64,000 bases of DNA from an uncultured Actinomycetota bacterium (GTDB lineage Bacteria; Actinomycetota; Actinomycetes; JAHEKZ01). The notes under the pieces were generated by a model. That model searched no databases and was not told the DNA's origin. It saw nothing but the letters and a program-made list of their open reading frames with translations. The DNA lies in the NCBI GenBank assembly GCA_963718235.1, contig CAVQYR010000002.1, positions 384,001-448,000 on the forward strand, written 5' to 3'. The position numbers and the translations under genes are program-made. Below are positions 29,010-38,446 of the stretch, piece by piece; within the stretch, counting starts at the first letter, position 1; each line of letters opens with the position of its first letter.

Positions 29010-30443
29010 TCAGCTCAACCCGTTGTCCGCGGTACGTGCTGGTCGGGCTGCCGTGCGCAGCCAGGCGTCGAAGAACGACGACAGGTCCTCACCACTGATC
29101 TGTTCGGCGAGTCGCTCGAACGCTGCACTACGTGCCGTCGAGCCCGACCGCTCGGCGACCCAGGTGCGCAGCAGGGACTCGAACTGTGGGTCACCGATCC
29201 GGTTGCGCAGGGCTTGCAGGGTCATGGCGCCCCGTTCGTAGACGGCCCAGTCGAACAGGTGGCTGGCTCCCGGGTCAGCGATCCGCAGCGTCCAGAACGG
29301 GTGCCTGGCGTCGAGGGCGGCGTAGCGTCGCTGCAGCCACGACGCCGCAGCTCGCCCGTGCGTGTCCTCGTCCCACTGCTTCTCGACGAAGGTCGCGAAG
29401 CCCTCGTTCAGCCAGATGTCTCGCCAGCGGTCGACCGAGACGGCGTCCCCGAACCACTGGTGCGCCAGCTCGTGCACGACCACCGACACCGCGGGCCTGC
29501 CGGCCCCCAGGTACGGGTACGTCGGCCGTGACTGGTTCTCCAGGGCGAAGCCGCTGTACAGCGACGTCACGACGCCCCCGGTGGTGGTGAACGGGTAGGG
29601 GCCGTAGTGGTCGGCGAGCCAGCTCACGATGCTCGGGGTCCGTCGCAGCAGGCGAAGCGAGCGGGACTGCTGCCCTGCGCCGAGCGCGCGGGACACGGCC
29701 AGGGTGTAGGGCAGCCCGTCGGAGACGCCGGTGTCGAGCCGGAACCGTCCGGCGGCGAAGAAGGCCAGGTAGCTGGCCATGGGGTCATCCATCGACCAGT
29801 GCCAGGAGGTGAAGGACCGGCCGACGTGGCGGGAGAGCAGGACCCCGTTGCTGACGGCCTGCTGGCCGCGGGGGACGCGCACGGTGATGTCGTAGGTCGC
29901 CTTGTCCCGAGGGTGGTCGTTGGAGGGGAACCACCAGGCGGCGATCTCCGGCTCACCCATCGCCACGGCCTCCTTCGGCCCGGAGATCCAAGGGGCGGTC
30001 CCGTCGACGACGAGCCGCTCCGGGTTGCCGTGGAACCAGACGGTGACCGCGAAGCGGGCGCCCGGTGCAGCCGGACGGTCGGGCCAGACGACGAGCTCGT
30101 GCCGGTCGCGCTGCACGTACCGGGCGTCGACGCCGTCCACGACGACGCGGTCGACCTGCAGCGCGAGGTCGAGGTTGAACCGCCGCAGGGGCTGGCTGGC
30201 CACGGCCCGAATCGTGGTGCGGCCGGTCAGCTTCCCGCTGGCCGTGCGGTAGGTGTCGACGATGGAGTAGTGGGTGACGTCGTAGCCCCCGTTGCCGTAG
30301 GTCGGGAAGTAAGGGTCTCCGACCCCGGCTGACCCCACGTCTGGGGCAGCGGCCCCGGCGCCGCTGCCGGCGCCGAGCAGCCAACCCACCGACGCGACGA
30401 GCGCGCACAAGGTGGCGGCGCGCCACCGGCTGGGGGCCGTCAC
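29010..30443 (-). CDS. Secreted M1 family metalloaminopeptidase
   Basis: Signal peptide; GDPYFP.YGNGGYD, ALENQ, HELAHQWFG...WLNEGFAT, VYERGA. Confidence 0.93.
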   Translation of the reverse strand: MTAPSRWRAATLCALVASVGWLLGAGSGAGAAAPDVGSAGVGDPYFPTYGNGGYDVTHYSIVDTYRTASGKLTGRTTIRAVASQPLRRFNLDLALQVDRVVVDGVDARYVQRDRHELVVWPDRPAAPGARFAVTVWFHGNPERLVVDGTAPWISGPKEAVAMGEPEIAAWWFPSNDHPRDKATYDITVRVPRGQQAVSNGVLLSRHVGRSFTSWHWSMDDPMASYLAFFAAGRFRLDTGVSDGLPYTLAVSRALGAGQQSRSLRLLRRTPSIVSWLADHYGPYPFTTTGGVVTSLYSGFALENQSRPTYPYLGAGRPAVSVVVHELAHQWFGDAVSVDRWRDIWLNEGFATFVEKQWDEDTHGRAAASWLQRRYAALDARHPFWTLRIADPGASHLFDWAVYERGAMTLQALRNRIGDPQFESLLRTWVAERSGSTARSAAFERLAEQISGEDLSSFFDAWLRTAARPARTADNGLS

Positions 30444-30955
30444 GGGGAACGACGCCTGGGTCGGCGGCCGATCATCAGCGGCGTGGGTCCCTCGGTCGTG
30501 GCGGAGGTGACGACCGGTACGGCGCGGTGCGACCCGGGGTCCATGCTTCCCGGCGCCTCGACGACGGACCCGGTGGGCGACAGCCGCCAGATCCGGCTGG
30601 ACTCCCGCCATCGGTCGATCGTGGTCTCACCGTCGACGCTGTTGAGGCGCTTGGCGTGCAGTGCCTCGGCGGCGGAGCTCCAGGCGGCGGAGTCGTTGGT
30701 CAGCTCCGTCACCCGAACCTCGACGGCAACGACCCGCGACTGCGTCTCCTTGCTGCGCAGCACGAGCGTGGCTTCGGTGTCAGGGGTGAGACCCGGGTCA
30801 GGCTGCTCCCCACCGCCGGTGACGACGACGATCGCGTCGTCGTGCCAGATGAGCCACAGCGCGCGGGCGGCTCGAGCGGGATCGCCGACGTCGACCCAGC
30901 CGATCGACCCCTTGCGCGCCGCCTCGGCCACCAGGGCCTGCTCCCACGCGGTCAC
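30440..30955 (-). CDS. Conserved hypothetical protein (split-barrel/PNPOx-like)
   Basis: ALVAEAARKG..WV...LW..WHD...GGGEQP...LRSK...AKRLN pattern; GTGA overlap with the peptidase. Confidence 0.65.
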   Translation of the reverse strand: MTAWEQALVAEAARKGSIGWVDVGDPARAARALWLIWHDDAIVVVTGGGEQPDPGLTPDTEATLVLRSKETQSRVVAVEVRVTELTNDSAAWSSAAEALHAKRLNSVDGETTIDRWRESSRIWRLSPTGSVVEAPGSMDPGSHRAVPVVTSATTEGPTPLMIGRRPRRRSP

Positions 30956-31148
30956 CTGCTGAGCCTCCCACACCGACCTGATGAGTCGGTGGGTGCGGCA
31001 GCGGCGACAAGTGCGGTGTCGCGGCCCGCTGCTCGCCGGGATCGAGCTCGTCGTCAGGAGCAGCCGTACGGGTACTGCCGCATCCGTCCCGTCCCTGGAG
31101 TGACCCGGTCTGGCTAGGCTCGACCATGACGCGACGAAAGGAACCCTG

Positions 31149-32141
31149 ATGACCGACCGCACCCTGCGGCCGCGCCGTAGCAACCTCGCAGTTCCTGGCA
31201 GCAGCCCGAAGATGCTCGAAAAGGCGAAGGGACTTGCGGCTGACCAGGTGTTCCTCGACCTGGAGGACTCCGTCGCGCCGATCGCCAAGGCCGACGCGCG
31301 CGCCAATGTCGTCGCGGCGCTGAACGAGGGTGGCTACGGCGACAAGATCCGCACGGTGCGGGTCAACGACTGGACCACCGAGTGGACCTACCGCGACGTC
31401 GTCACCGTGGTCGAAGGCGCCGGGGCGAACCTCGACTGCGTCATGTTGCCCAAGGTGCAGACGCGGGAGCAGGTGGTCACCCTCGACACCCTGTTGACCC
31501 AGATCGAGAAGGCCAACGGCCTGGAGGTCGGAAGGCTCGGGATCGAGGCGCAGATCGAGAACGCGCTGGGGCTGACCAACGTCGACGCGATCGCCGCCGC
31601 CAGCCCTCGCGTGGAGGCCGTCATCTTCGGACCGGCCGACTTCATGGCCAGCATCAACATGAAGACCCTTGTCGTCGGTGAGCAGCCGCCCGGGTACGTC
31701 GAGGGCGATGCCTACCACTACATCCTGATGCGCATCCTGATGGCCGCCCGCGCGTACGACAAGCAGGCCATCGACGGTCCCTACCTGCAGATCCGCGATG
31801 TCGACGGCTACCGACGGGTGGCCGAGCGGAGTGCGGCCCTGGGCTTCGACGGCAAGTGGGTCCTGCACCCCGGCCAGGTCGACGCAGCCAACGAGGTCTA
31901 CTCGCCGCGCCAGGACGACTTCGACCACGCCGAGCTGATCCTCGACGCCTACGCCTACTACACCTCCGCCGAGGGCGGCGGCCGGGGAGCGGTCATGATC
32001 GGAGCCGAGATGATCGACGAGGCCTCGCGCAAGATGGCGTTGGTCGTGTCCGGCAAGGGGCGCGCCGCCGCCATGAAGCGAACCGTCTGGTTCGACCCCA
32101 CCGCCGACGACGGCCGCACCACCACGGAGCCGTCCTCATGA
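31149..32141 (+). CDS. CitE-family CoA-ester lyase (malyl-CoA/beta-methylmalyl-CoA lyase-like)
   Basis: [56 protein letters not shown]. Confidence 0.9.
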   Translation: MTDRTLRPRRSNLAVPGSSPKMLEKAKGLAADQVFLDLEDSVAPIAKADARANVVAALNEGGYGDKIRTVRVNDWTTEWTYRDVVTVVEGAGANLDCVMLPKVQTREQVVTLDTLLTQIEKANGLEVGRLGIEAQIENALGLTNVDAIAAASPRVEAVIFGPADFMASINMKTLVVGEQPPGYVEGDAYHYILMRILMAARAYDKQAIDGPYLQIRDVDGYRRVAERSAALGFDGKWVLHPGQVDAANEVYSPRQDDFDHAELILDAYAYYTSAEGGGRGAVMIGAEMIDEASRKMALVVSGKGRAAAMKRTVWFDPTADDGRTTTEPSS

Positions 32142-32908
32142 GCCCCGCTCTCGCCGATCGGGTCGCACTCGTCACCGGCGCCGGGAGCCCGACCGGGATC
32201 GGGGCGGCCTGCGCCAGGGCCTTGCGTGACCTCGGGGCCAGCGTCGCCGTGACGTCGACGACCGATCGGATCCACGAACGCGCTGCCGAGCTCGGGACGG
32301 GGGTCACCGGGTACGTCGCAGACCTGACCGACCCCGAGCAGGTGGCCGACCTGGTGCAGGAGGTCGACGACCGCTTCGGCCCCGTCGACGTCCTGGTCAA
32401 CAACGCCGGCATGACGAGCGTCAGCGACGTCGAGCCCTGGCTGTCGCTGGTGGAGCTGACCCCAGAGCAGTTCCGGCACGGAATCGCGCGCAACCTGGAC
32501 ACCGCCTTCCTCATGACCCGCGCGGTCCTGCCCGGCATGTGCGAGCGTCGGTTCGGGCGGATCGTGAACGTCGCCTCGACCTCCGGGTCGGTGACGGCGA
32601 TGCCGGGGGAGGCCGCCTATGTGACGGGCAAGGCCGGGATGCGCGGACTCGCGATGGCGGCGGCGGTCGAGGTGGCCGCGTTCGGGGTCACGGCGAACAC
32701 CGTGGCCCCCGGGTGGGTCGAGACGGGCAGCAGCCTGCCTGCGGAGCACGAGTACGGCGCTCGGACGCCGATGGGCCGGATGGGTCGGCCCGACGAGGTG
32801 GCGGCAGCGGTGGCCTTCCTGTGCAGCCCCGGTGCCTCCTACGTCACCGGTCAGACGATCGTGGTCGACGGCGGAAACTCCGTCCGCGAGGCCAACCCGG
32901 TCCTCTGA
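32138..32908 (+). CDS. SDR family oxidoreductase
   Basis: [39 protein letters not shown]. Confidence 0.92.
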   Translation: MSPALADRVALVTGAGSPTGIGAACARALRDLGASVAVTSTTDRIHERAAELGTGVTGYVADLTDPEQVADLVQEVDDRFGPVDVLVNNAGMTSVSDVEPWLSLVELTPEQFRHGIARNLDTAFLMTRAVLPGMCERRFGRIVNVASTSGSVTAMPGEAAYVTGKAGMRGLAMAAAVEVAAFGVTANTVAPGWVETGSSLPAEHEYGARTPMGRMGRPDEVAAAVAFLCSPGASYVTGQTIVVDGGNSVREANPVL

Positions 32909-32971
32909 CCCGGGCCGGCTTCGACCGGTTGGGCGGTCAAGTCCGGTCCGCGGGCCGCCGAGACACCCCCC

Positions 32972-33655
32972 ATGGACCCCTCATCCGTGGGAGCCGGTGA
33001 CCCGGCTGCCCTTCGTCGCCGCGGTTTCCTCGGCGGTGTCCTGGCGGTGTGCGGCGGCTGCCTGGTGACCGCCTGCGGCACGGCCGAACCAACGGCCGGT
33101 GCGGCGTCCAGCGCCGCGCCGACGAGCGCCGCGTCCTCGGCCACGGCCGCACGGACGAAGCGACCCAAGCCGACGTCGTCCCCGAGCCGAGACGCCCGAC
33201 CCAGCAAGAAGGCGACCCGCGAGCCGTCCCCGAGCCAGTCGCAGACCACCGAACCTCAGCCCACGACGTCGGCGAGCACGCGCGAGCCCCGACCGACCGA
33301 CGATCCGACGACCAAGGAGCCCAAGCCCACCAAGTCGTCGTCGACCCCGAAGCCGACCGATCCCAGCGAGGGCTCGATCGTGCGCACCAAGGACGTCCCG
33401 GTCGGCGGTGGCGTGGTCGTGTCCGCCTTCGACGTGGTGGTGACCCAGCCGACGTCCGGGGACTTCCGCGCGTTCGCCGCCCGGTGCACGCATCGCGGCT
33501 GCCTGCTCGGCCCGGTGAGCTCCGCGGAGATCCGCTGCCCCTGCCACAGCTCCCGGTTCTCGATCGAGGACGGCAGCCCGATCTACGGACCGGCCCCGAC
33601 GGCGCTGCCCTCGGTACCGATCACCGTCGACAAGGGGTACGTCTACCCGGCCTGA
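32972..33655 (+). CDS. Tat-exported Rieske [2Fe-2S] lipoprotein
   Basis: RRRGFL twin-arginine signal, lipobox VTAC, Pro/Thr linker, CTHRGC...CPCHSS. Confidence 0.9.
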   Translation: MDPSSVGAGDPAALRRRGFLGGVLAVCGGCLVTACGTAEPTAGAASSAAPTSAASSATAARTKRPKPTSSPSRDARPSKKATREPSPSQSQTTEPQPTTSASTREPRPTDDPTTKEPKPTKSSSTPKPTDPSEGSIVRTKDVPVGGGVVVSAFDVVVTQPTSGDFRAFAARCTHRGCLLGPVSSAEIRCPCHSSRFSIEDGSPIYGPAPTALPSVPITVDKGYVYPA

Positions 33656-33678
33656 GCGTCCCGACTGCCCGCGCGGAC

Positions 33679-34941
33679 TCAGGTGAGGTCGCGGGCGAGC
33701 AGGTCGTCGTAGGTGTCGCGGCGGACGACCGCGCGGGCTCGGCCGTCACGGCAGAACACCACGGGCGGCCGCAGAGCGCCGTTGTAGTTGTTGGCCAGGG
33801 TGTGGGTGTAAGCGCCCGTCATCGGCACGGCGACCAGGTCGCCCTCGCGCGGGTCCTGAAGTGGCAGCGCGGAGGCGAACAGGTCACCGGACTCGCACTG
33901 GCGTCCGACCAGCTCGACCGGGGCCCCGCCGCCGACCCGGTCGACGAGCGTGGCCTCGAACCGTTGTCCCATGTACGTCGACGCCTCGAAGTTGTCCGCG
34001 ATCCCGCCGTCGACCGCGACGAACGTCGGGTCGCCGCTCTTGACGGTCACCACGGTGTAGACGGTGACCGTCGACTGGGCGACCAGTGACCGACCCGGCT
34101 CGATCCACAGCTGTGCCGATGCGGGGAGGTGCTCGCTCGCGGCTGCGGTGATGACGTCGAGGTACTCCTCGACCGACGGCGGGTGCTCGGCGTAGGTGTA
34201 GCGGACGCCGAGTCCTCCGCCGATGTCGTAGACGTCGAACGCGCCGAGGCCGGAGACCGCCTGCACCGCCTCGGCGAAGGGCTCGGCGTCGAGGATCTGA
34301 GAACCGACGTGCAGGTGCAGGCCCAGGACCTCGATCAGAGGGTGGCTGCGCATGCGGTCGATGGCCGTCGCTGCCTGGTCGAGGGGGAGGCCGAACTTGG
34401 ACCCGTGGTGTCCGGTGGAGATGGCGGCCTGGGTCTCCGCCCGAACGCCCGGGATCACCCTCAGCAGCACCCGCTGGGGGCGGGTCAGCATCGACTCCAG
34501 CCGCTCGATGTCGGTCAGGTTGTCGACGACGATCGTCCCGACACCTGCTGCGAGGGCGCGGTCGAGCTCGTCGTCGGTCTTGGCGTTTCCGTGCAGCACG
34601 ATCGACGCCGGGTCCGCCCCGGAGGCCAGGGCCATGACGAGCTCGCCTCCACCGGCCACGTCGAGGGCGAGCCCCTCGTCGGCCATGACCGCGTACACGG
34701 CGGTGCACGGGAATGACTTCGAGGCGAAGGCCACGTGGGATCCCGGACGTCGCGCACTCAGTCCGTCGGCGAACCGGCGTGCCTGTCGGCGAAGGGCCGC
34801 CTCGTCGACGACGTAGACGGGAGTCCCGTGGGCATGGGCGACGTCGGTGAGCCGACACCCGCCGACGACGAGCACGCCGTCGTCGTCGACCGTCGTCCCG
34901 TGCGGGAAGAGCCCCAACAGCTCGTCTCGTGGGGGTGTCAT
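33679..34941 (-). CDS. lysA: Diaminopimelate decarboxylase (PLP group IV)
   Basis: GTPVYVVDE, FASK, HGNAK, SKFG, HVGSQI, EPGRS, CESGD, TGAY; own ATG at 34941, although in frame with the upstream hydrolase as sequenced. Confidence 0.85.
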   Translation of the reverse strand: MTPPRDELLGLFPHGTTVDDDGVLVVGGCRLTDVAHAHGTPVYVVDEAALRRQARRFADGLSARRPGSHVAFASKSFPCTAVYAVMADEGLALDVAGGGELVMALASGADPASIVLHGNAKTDDELDRALAAGVGTIVVDNLTDIERLESMLTRPQRVLLRVIPGVRAETQAAISTGHHGSKFGLPLDQAATAIDRMRSHPLIEVLGLHLHVGSQILDAEPFAEAVQAVSGLGAFDVYDIGGGLGVRYTYAEHPPSVEEYLDVITAAASEHLPASAQLWIEPGRSLVAQSTVTVYTVVTVKSGDPTFVAVDGGIADNFEASTYMGQRFEATLVDRVGGGAPVELVGRQCESGDLFASALPLQDPREGDLVAVPMTGAYTHTLANNYNGALRPPVVFCRDGRARAVVRRDTYDDLLARDLT

Positions 34942-34948
34942 CGGGCGG

Positions 34949-35916
34949 TCAGCGCCTCGTCGCGTCGGTGGGCAGGTCGCCCCGGCGAGCCACTCGACCA
35001 GGTCAGGGGTCCGGTGGACGAGCTCCATGTGCCCGCCCTGCATCCGGACGACGTGGGCGCCCGGCACGTGCTCGGCCAGCCACTCGCCGTGAGCCCGGGG
35101 AACCAGGGTGTCCTCCACGCCGAACCACACCATGGCGGGCGCGGTGATCGCGTCGACGCTGAACCCCCAGGGCCGGACGAAGACCATGTCGTCGTCGATC
35201 CAGCCGTCGACGCCGGCGCGATACGCCTCCTGGACACCGCGGGTCATGCGCTCGTGGCGTCGTGGGTCGGCCATGATCGCCCGGTCGCCCGGGGACAGCT
35301 CGTAGTCGTCGCCGAGCAGGTTCGCGGGGTCGTCGACGACGCGCTGGAGCTCTCCGGCCGCCAACGACTCGAGGTTCGGGCGCAGGGCGGGCTCGCCACC
35401 CTGCGCCCAGGTGAACTCGTCGACGTTTCCCTGGGTCATGCCTTCGAGCCAGGTCTCGGCTGCGAGCCCAGGACCGCCGAAGGGGGCGACCCCGACGACG
35501 CAGGCGACCCGGGTGACCCGGTCGGGCAGCAGGGCGGCGACCGCCAGGCAGTGCGGCCCGCCCCCGGATCCGCCGGTCACGGCGAAACGGTCGATCCCCA
35601 GGTGGTCGGCGATCGTCGCCACGTCGGTGGCCACGTCCGCGACCGTGCGACCTCTGAGGCGGGTGGAGCGCCCGTAGCCGGGCCGGTCGTAGCCGACGAC
35701 GCGGACCGACTTCTCGTCGTAGAGGTTCGGGTGCTCGACCGGCGGGCCGCCGTAGCGACACCCGGGAGTGCCGTGCAGCGAGAAGACCGGGAAGCCGTCG
35801 GCCGGTCCGTACTCGGCCACCCCGAGGATGCGCCCGTCGGGAGTGGCCACGGTGGACTCGCGGGCCACCGGGTCGGGCACCGTCGCTCCGCCACTGACCC
35901 AGGGCTGCTCGCTCAT
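34949..35916 (-). CDS. Alpha/beta fold hydrolase; reads through into lysA as sequenced, probably because one G is missing at 34980-34983
   Basis: LHGTPG, DRPGYG, GGSGGGP nucleophile elbow, GGH; leaderless TACCCT-6 nt-ATG. Confidence 0.8.
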
Positions 35917-36023
35917 GGTCGGAGGGTACTCAGCGCCCGCCGCCTGGGCCGGACCAGGATTGGATACGATCGAACCATCGACGGCAGGCGCAGGCCGCCG
36001 TACGTCCAGCAAGGAGCTGCGGC

Positions 36024-37223
36024 ATGGGCCGTCTCGCGCAGACCGAAGGCCTCACCGACGTGCAGTCGGAGATCCTCGCGGCGGTCAGGGAGTTCGTCGA
36101 CCACGAGATCATCCCCGTGGCCAACGAGCTCGAGCACGCCGACGAGTACCCCACGAAGATCGTCGAGCAGATGAAGGAGATGGGGATCTTCGGGCTGATG
36201 ATCCCCGAGGAGTACGGCGGGCTCGGTGAGTCGCTGCTCACCTACGCCTTGGTGGTCGAGGAGATCGCTCGCGGCTGGATGAGCATCAGCGGGATCATCA
36301 ACACCCACTTCATCGTCGCCTACCTGCTGCTGCAGCACGGTACCGACGAGCAGAAGCAGAAGTACCTGCCCCGCATGGCGACCGGCGAGGTCCGCGGCGC
36401 GTTCTCGATGTCGGAGCCCGGTTGCGGATCCGACGTGTCGGCGATCAAGACCAGGGCCGTCAAGCAGGACGACGGCAGCTACGTGGTCAACGGGCAGAAG
36501 ATGTGGCTGACCAACGGTGGCTCGTCGACGCTGGTCGCGGTGCTCGTGAAGACCGACGAGGGCGCCGACAGCGTCTACAAGAGCATGACGACCCTGCTCA
36601 TCGAGAAGGAGCCCGGGTTCGGCGAGGTCGCGCCGGGCCTGACCGTGCCGGGCAAGCTCGAGAAGATGGGCTACAAGGGCGTCGACACCACTGAGCTCGT
36701 GCTCGACAACGTGCCGGTCGCTGCCGACCAGGTGCTCGGCGAGCAGCCGGGACGCGGTTTCTACCAGATGATGGACGGCGTCGAGGTGGGTCGGGTCAAC
36801 GTGGCGGCGCGTGCGTGCGGCGTGGCTCTTCGGGCGTTCGAGCTCGGCGTCGACTACGCGCAGCTGCGCGAGACGTTCGGCAAGCCGATCGCGCAGCACC
36901 AGGCGGTGCTGTTCCGACTGGCCGAGATGGGCACGAAGGTCGAGGCAGCCCACCAGATGATGGTTCGGGCAGCGAGGACCAAGGACTCCGGCGAGCGGAA
37001 CGACCTCGAGGCCGGCATGGCCAAGTACCTGGCCAGCGAGTACTGCCGCGACGTCGTCGAGGACTCGTTCCGCATCCACGGCGGCTACGGCTACTCCAAG
37101 GAGTACGAGATCGAGCGGCTCTACCGCGAGGCGCCGATGCTGCTGATCGGTGAGGGGACTGCCGACATCCAGCGGATGATCATCGGGCGGCGGCTGCTCG
37201 AGGACTACCGACGACGCGGCTGA
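36024..37223 (+). CDS. Acyl-CoA dehydrogenase (methylsuccinyl-CoA dehydrogenase-like)
   Basis: IPEEYGG, FSMSEPGCGSD, NGQKMWLTNG, RETFGKPI, IHGGYGYSKEY, IGEGT. Confidence 0.93.
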   Translation: MGRLAQTEGLTDVQSEILAAVREFVDHEIIPVANELEHADEYPTKIVEQMKEMGIFGLMIPEEYGGLGESLLTYALVVEEIARGWMSISGIINTHFIVAYLLLQHGTDEQKQKYLPRMATGEVRGAFSMSEPGCGSDVSAIKTRAVKQDDGSYVVNGQKMWLTNGGSSTLVAVLVKTDEGADSVYKSMTTLLIEKEPGFGEVAPGLTVPGKLEKMGYKGVDTTELVLDNVPVAADQVLGEQPGRGFYQMMDGVEVGRVNVAARACGVALRAFELGVDYAQLRETFGKPIAQHQAVLFRLAEMGTKVEAAHQMMVRAARTKDSGERNDLEAGMAKYLASEYCRDVVEDSFRIHGGYGYSKEYEIERLYREAPMLLIGEGTADIQRMIIGRRLLEDYRRRG

Positions 37224-37794
37224 GCTCTTCCTCGCGGCGCCGAAGCATCCGACGGCCGAAGATCGCCACCGCCAGCATCACGATGCCGAGCCCGGCAGCA
37301 GCCATGAACGCGAGCGCCATGGCCGTAGCCAGACCGATCGGGCCTTGCAGCCACCAGTCGAGGAGGAATCCGACCACGAGCGCGGCCATGAGGATGCCGT
37401 CGCGAACCAGCCACCCGCGAAGCACCAGCTGCTCGGATCGCAGCCGGGCCACCGACTCGGCGGTAACCGGCTGTGCGGCCGTCGGCGCGGCTGCTGGCCG
37501 AGAAGGCGGCGAAACGGACGACTGCGGCTCCGGTCCGGGGGGACCGAGGGGAGCCGCTCGCCGGGTGGGTTCGGGGCCGACGTCGGGGTCGAGCCCTCGG
37601 GCCAGGCGGAGCCACGCGGCACCCTGGGAGAACCCGATCCTGGCGAGGACGAACAGGGCCAGGATCGCCATGAACAACCAGTCGTCCTGGGCGATCGGCC
37701 ACAGGACGATGCAGCCGGCCACGGCAGCCAGGCTCCCGGCCAGCAGGACGATGCCCCTGGTCGCCGGGGTCAGCGAGTAGAGCCAGTTCCTCAC
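37180..37794 (-). CDS. Hypothetical membrane protein (4 TM)
   Basis: Two TM hairpins separated by a Pro-rich linker; overlaps the end of the acyl-CoA dehydrogenase. Confidence 0.55.
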   Translation of the reverse strand: MRNWLYSLTPATRGIVLLAGSLAAVAGCIVLWPIAQDDWLFMAILALFVLARIGFSQGAAWLRLARGLDPDVGPEPTRRAAPLGPPGPEPQSSVSPPSRPAAAPTAAQPVTAESVARLRSEQLVLRGWLVRDGILMAALVVGFLLDWWLQGPIGLATAMALAFMAAAGLGIVMLAVAIFGRRMLRRREEELSRVVGSPRAAAAR

Positions 37795-37884
37795 GGTTTC
37801 AGCATCGACCAGTCAGTGACCCACCGACCAGAGGCCTTTGGCAGGATCAAGGGGAGGACACCGGCTGAGGGCTGAGGAGACATC

Positions 37885-38388
37885 ATGCAGTTCGGGCGCT
37901 ACTACGAGGAGTTCGGGGTCGGCGACGTCTACAAGCACTGGCCGGGGAAGACCGTCACCGAGTACGACGACCACCTGTTCTGCCTGATCACGATGAACCA
38001 CCACCCGTTGCACCTGGATGCGCACTACGCGGAGCAGACGACCGACTTCGGCAGGAACGTCGTTGTGGGCAACTACATCTACTCGTTGCTGCTCGGCATG
38101 TCCGTGCCGGACGTCAGCGGCAAGGCGATCGCCAACCTCGAGGTCGAGTCGCTGCGCCACATCGCACCGACCTTCCACGGCGACACGCTCTACGGCGAGA
38201 CCACCGTGCTGGACAAGACGGAGTCGAGGTCCAAGGACGACCGTGGGGTCGTGCACGTGGAGACTCGGGGCTACAAGCAGGACGGCACGGTCGTGTGTGT
38301 GTTCCGACGCAAGGTCATGGTGCCCAAGCGCTCCTACGGTGAGGCCCGGGGCGGGGAGCAGCCCGGCCGTCCGGTGCCACTTCCTTAG
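37885..38388 (+). CDS. MaoC family dehydratase (mesaconyl-CoA hydratase-like)
   Basis: FGRYYEEF...HWPGKTVTEYDDHLFC..TMNHHPLH...PTFHGDT; GAGGAG RBS. Confidence 0.92.
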   Translation: MQFGRYYEEFGVGDVYKHWPGKTVTEYDDHLFCLITMNHHPLHLDAHYAEQTTDFGRNVVVGNYIYSLLLGMSVPDVSGKAIANLEVESLRHIAPTFHGDTLYGETTVLDKTESRSKDDRGVVHVETRGYKQDGTVVCVFRRKVMVPKRSYGEARGGEQPGRPVPLP

Positions 38389-38446
38389 GCGAGTACAGCC
38401 GAAATCCGCTGGACGACGGGTGCCTTGGCGGCGGTAGCGTCGCCGC

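Noticed and set aside
30978-31010. CTGATGAG resembling a hammerhead ribozyme core
   Set aside because: It forms the loop of a simple hairpin; there is no stem II followed by GAAA and no stem III
33100-33370. Pro/Thr/Lys repetitive stretch
   Set aside because: Low-complexity linker of the Rieske lipoprotein, not a DNA repeat array
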